Below are positions 59,701 through 64,000 of a stretch of 64,000 bases of DNA, piece by piece. The stretch comes from Selaginella moellendorffii (Eukaryota; Plantae; Lycopodiophyta), in the NCBI RefSeq assembly GCF_000143415.4, contig NW_003314284.1, positions 1,470,693 through 1,534,692 of the forward strand, given 5' to 3'. Under the pieces are notes generated by a model. That model searched no databases and was not told the DNA's origin. It saw nothing but the letters and a program-made list of their open reading frames with translations. The translations under genes were made by a program, and so were the position numbers. How positions within the stretch are numbered: the stretch's first letter is position 1; each line of letters begins with the position of its first letter.

Positions 59701-61850
59701 AGAAACCCATACCTCAAATGCTTTTCTTGAGTTGAAGAATGTCACTTTAGATATTTATGAGCTTCGCATCAATGGGCTAGTAGATAATGGCATTGATTAT
59801 AGCTTGGACTCCATCTCACATGAAGACATTCATCTACTCATCATGGAAAAACTTTGTGGAATTTGCTAGTATTGCCATCTTGTGGAGTTGGCTAGAGGCA
59901 TTGCATTTCATCCACAAATTAGAGAGATGTTAAGTTCAAGATTCTATGTGGAAGTTTGAGCTCATAACATTGCTTTTGCTCGGGGCGCTCTCAGCTGTGG
60001 TGTTCATAGTGATGCAGCATGTTGTCAATGTTGGTGTTGAGAGCTAGATCTTGTAGTGTCACTTGTGTGTAGCCGAAACATTGGAGGCTGCTTAGTTACC
60101 GTGGTGTATATTTTAGTTTATTTTATGGTTGATATGCAATAAAATTAATCTTGTATTTATAAATTATAAATATGTTTATAATCTATAATAATAAGGAGGA
60201 GTTTCTGGGCCACCAGACCTAGCCAATGGCAACCATCCGATGGGGGGTAATTATCAAAGGGTTATATCTTTAACCATGTCTTAGCAAATAATCACTGATA
60301 TTTGCTCTCAACCAATGGGAAGTGGCTAATTGCATGGGGCGAGAGAAGAAGGTGTTGTAACACATGTTGCATATAATGTGTTGACCATAACTACATTTGT
60401 CAAGTGATGATGGCATCTCTCACATATGAATGGGAGCGCCCTCCACAATTGCAAGTTTGGAGGCTGTGCAGAAAGCATGATAACAATCCCAAGTATGTCA
60501 AGCTACACTCATATGGACCCCTTGAGTGTGTTTTTGAGATGGAAATTGCACTTAAAGAGAACATGGTTAGTGGTATATCAAGTTCTCTTTTCTTTTCTTT
60601 GGTTATGCTAATAAACTAAATATTTTCTATGCAACTAAGCTATGATGACAAGACAATACCCATTCCTTTCAATAGATGCATTCTTGAGTGGGCAAATGAG
60701 TCCTTCTGTCTATGGTTCTCTACAAAACTTCCAAAAGATTTTAAGTTTTACAACATCTATGGCACTTCATGCAAAACTCCATTCCATGTTTGGTATATGT
60801 TCTTTGTTCTTGATAGCTAACTTTCCATGGTGAATTTTTTCCATTGTTTCCAGCTACAGGAGTGAAAAATGCCCCATAGTTGAGCTCAAGGAAATTCTCC
60901 ATACTGAGGTAATGCAAAGTTCTTTCTTAATGCTTATTCAAAGAAACCTTGGACTTTGCAAGCTGATTGACACAGTACCATTTGAGTCTTCCAAGGTAAC
61001 CCTCTATTTTTATCACCCGGTTCTGAACTCTACTTTCTTCATAGGTTGATGGGTTCACTGCAACTGCGAGGCACAGGGTTCCATGCAACCATCGCAGTCT
61101 ACTAAGATCAAATGGGGTGTTCCTCCTCTTCAAAGACATCCTGGAGATCAAAGATGAAAAAAAGAAGCTTGCAGTTCATGCTGCCCCATACAAGTCTGAC
61201 GAAGTGATCAAGAAACAAGCACACTTTTGTCTCAGTGACACCGCCATCTCCCACAAGAACAGTGCATGGGACGCAAACTCCAAGGACAGCCAAAACTACA
61301 ACAGTGGTAGCGAGAGCAAGGACAACACCAAAAACTCAGTAGTGCTCACCATCAACACCTAGGATGCTAGAGCTATACCTTACAAGCCACACAAAGGATT
61401 CAAGCTCCATCACCTCAGCATTTCTGTTGCTGGTGTTGCAAAAGGAAGTGATCAAGAAAAGGCTGCCATCACAGTGGAGATAACTATGGCTTCCACCATT
61501 GCCAAGCTCATAACATTGTACAATATGTAAAAATATGGCAAAATACTATTTAAATTCTGTCAAAGTGATGTTTATGTCTTCTTTCCCAAGGTTTAGGCAG
61601 CTTTTAGGTTGAGATAATTCGCTTCAATTGGGAATAGGTATCATGCTTCCATTTTGTGGAAGAAAAAAAATCTCACCAAGACTTTTTCTTTTGTTATCCA
61701 ATGGGAAAAGAAGAACAAATGCAAACTAAACATCATGATTAGTATAGTGCATTGTATTAATTTTAGCACTAAATTTATCCTTGCTAACTTTTGCTAGGCA
61801 AGTGTTCAATTGTATTAATAAATAATACTAAACATGAATTATTAAGCAGT
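56730..61850. mobile_element. AT-rich decayed repeat region with a probable LTR-retrotransposon protease remnant (~58870-58940) and a ~75-bp direct repeat (~58359-58435 / ~58521-58598)
   Basis: ITIAGKVVEGVLFDSSFGSSVIS resembles a degenerate retropepsin motif; no long ORF; low CpG content. Confidence 0.4.
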
Positions 61851-61880
61851 AAACTAACCTTCCTCAAAAACCATTTTACG

Positions 61881-62836
61881 TTATTGTGAGTCTTCTCGGT
61901 GTTTCTGTGGTAGCCATCGACGCACTTCTACTTCCTCCACTGTTATTCGCTCCAAATACGTTGGAGAAGACAGATCATGGCCCATGTCAACTATGATGTA
62001 CAGCACCAACAGTGTCTGCAAGCTCGATTGACATGTGTGAGAGCGGATTTTGCTTGAATGATCGTCTCACCTTTGCTACACTGCCACACAACCGGGTCAT
62101 ACCTTGAACATCCGTCCATGAAGCCAGCCTGCTCTGGGGATCATCTGCCGGGATAACAAGAACTGCATAGCTGCAAGACCACCTTTTGTCACAAACGGGA
62201 GAGCAAAAGCTTCCAATAACTGCGTACTCTGAATGCACCAAAGTCGGGTGGTGTCTGTATGCCATGAAATCGGCTCCATACTGTGGACCAGGACGAACAA
62301 CCCATCGCTTGTTCCTTAGGTGAGAGTAAGCCTTGTACATCTTCACAAACTCCCTGTTGAATTCTTGCATCAAGCACCACAATTGCTCGAGTGTAAGATC
62401 CACACGGCCCTGCAAAGCATAGGACACACAAAGGAACAAAGAGATGAGAGCAAGCAAAGAGGAGCTAAACCTGTGAGCTTTGGCGATGGACGCGAAGGCA
62501 ATCTAGCTCGTAGCTCAAGTAGAAAACTTCCTCAAGCATCAGCTGAAAGACGTGTGTAGTCGCCAAATCCTCGCCATCTCCACGACGATCCGGAGCTGGC
62601 GATCACAACACTGGCACTAAAGCTCTGGAAATCACACACTCACTCGAGAGCACATCCGATCCAAAGCCTGTAGCGCAGAGAAGGCGAGCTTGCTGACAAT
62701 TCGCCACAAGCGTCCCCCCGGAGGCGCTCAATGCGCACTCTAGACGCGCCGGCCATCGCCTGATCTCGTCATACAATCCAGACAGCGGCGCCGCCTCGGC
62801 CACCGCTTTCGCCCCTCTCCCCTTCCATCGGCTCAT
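61881..62836 (-). CDS. SEN2: tRNA-splicing endonuclease subunit SEN2; multi-exon
   Basis: MSRWKGRG, YKAYSHLRNKRWVVRPGPQYGADFMAYRHHPTLVHS, RLCGSVAKTLL, VEEVEVRRWLP. Confidence 0.92.
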
Positions 62837-62876
62837 CGCATAAACCCTAACAAGTAAGCTTCATTTGAATGTAGCT

Positions 62877-64000
62877 ATGGCGGAGGCGTGGCGGAGTGGA
62901 GGCAGCGCCGTGGCGGCGGCGGCGATCGCGAGATCTGGCGCCGCCGCGAGGCAGTCGCTGCTGGCGGCCGATCCGCCGTCGATGAAGAAGCAGCAGGCGC
63001 CGCAGCACAACCCCCAGGGCTACATTGCTCGCGTTCTTCACGCGTTCCAGTCGCTGCCAGGGTTTTTGTCGAGGATCGTGTCCAGGGAGGGCGAGAGCTC
63101 TTCCTCGGAGTCGGAGGGATCGCTAGGTGCGAGGGTTTTGGCACGGCGGGGCTGGATCGCCGTGGCCGTGTCCTTGGCTCTTCTCGGGCTCTTGTTCTTT
63201 TGCTTGCCTCTTGCGTGGGACCATTTGGTAAGATAAACAATATCCATGCTCGCTACGTAGTCTTATAGATTGTTTATTTCTCTTCTGCTTTGGTTTAGAA
63301 TCGTCCATATCTCTGTCGGAAGGATGGTGTGATGCTGCATTGTCCACCGGTAAGCTTTCATCTTTGATCTCCATCTTTCCAGCTTAAGAACCAAAAAATT
63401 GGAAATTTTTGTGAAGGTTTCGGACACGCCTTCTTTGTGGCACAATCCAAAATCTGCAACTAAGTCGTGGCGACCTTGCGCCGAGGAGCGAGCTTCTAAC
63501 CACATTGGTTCGTTCGCTTCTTTTCTTTGTTAGTTCTTTTGCTTTCCTGTGTCTGATTCAAGCGCTCTTTCTTTTGTATAGTGCCTCTAGCGGAGGATGA
63601 AACAAATGGTTACCTCGGCATCCATGCCGAAGGAGGACTAAATCAACAGCGCATTGCGGTTAGTTGTTTAACAGCAGTTATAGTATGTGTTTCAAGAGCT
63701 CCATAAAATTTGCAGATTTGCAATGCTGTTGCTGTTGCAAGGATCATGAACGTGACGCTCATCATCCCGTTGATGAAGCAGGACCAGATATGGAAAGACA
63801 AAACGTAAGTTGTGCGCTCCTACTATTATCAAAGTCCGTCTGATTGCACACGAATTCCAGGAACTCCTAAGTTAAAGCTTCTGCATGCAGGCGGTTTGAG
63901 GACGTCTTTGACGTGGATCATTTTATAGAGTCCCTCAAAGATGATGTGCGGATTGTGAAAGACATACCGTCGTGGTTGCCGGATAAAGGCGATTTGTATA
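62877..64000 (+). CDS. O-fucosyltransferase family protein (GT106/DUF246), 5' part; runs off the window
   Basis: Single TM; TNGYLGIHAEGGLNQQRIA|ICNAVAVARIMNVTLIIP; IWKD; FEDVFDVDHFIESLKDDVRIV. Confidence 0.92.

Overview
Eukaryotic plant nuclear DNA. Short GT-AG introns (about 50-80 nt), very short intergenic distances, GC-rich intronless PLS-class PPR genes with runs of short repeats, and a probable cilium-associated gene all point to a lycophyte such as Selaginella (inference from sequence style; no search was run). About 24 intact-looking genes lie in 1-51.4 kb and 61.9-64 kb: a nucleotide-sugar transporter, golgin GC3/GC4, two isocyanide-hydratase-type DJ-1/PfpI genes, four PPR genes (one with DYW), a class I glutamine amidotransferase, an AGP-like gene, an atypical kinase, RPN7, a LEA-like gene, a KAI2/D14-family hydrolase, a polygalacturonase, an ECA Ca-ATPase, citrate synthase, a HOTHEAD-like GMC oxidoreductase, a MASE1-type hybrid histidine kinase, glyoxalase II, eIF3L, SEN2 and an O-fucosyltransferase. 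The stretch 51.5-61.8 kb is a mosaic of gene fragments and decayed repeats. The strongest leads are: (1) a membrane-bound, MASE1-like hybrid sensor kinase outside the classical plant receptor classes; (2) two intron-containing, bacterial-type isocyanide hydratase homologues; (3) a ~165-bp element in three copies, with Pol III A/B-like boxes and an initiator-tRNA-Met-like T-arm inside inverted repeats; (4) an inverted, order-permuted duplicate of 12.0-14.5 kb at 55.5-56.7 kb; (5) a DYW-PPR with a conserved insertion in six L motifs. Exon boundaries were read by eye and are approximate.
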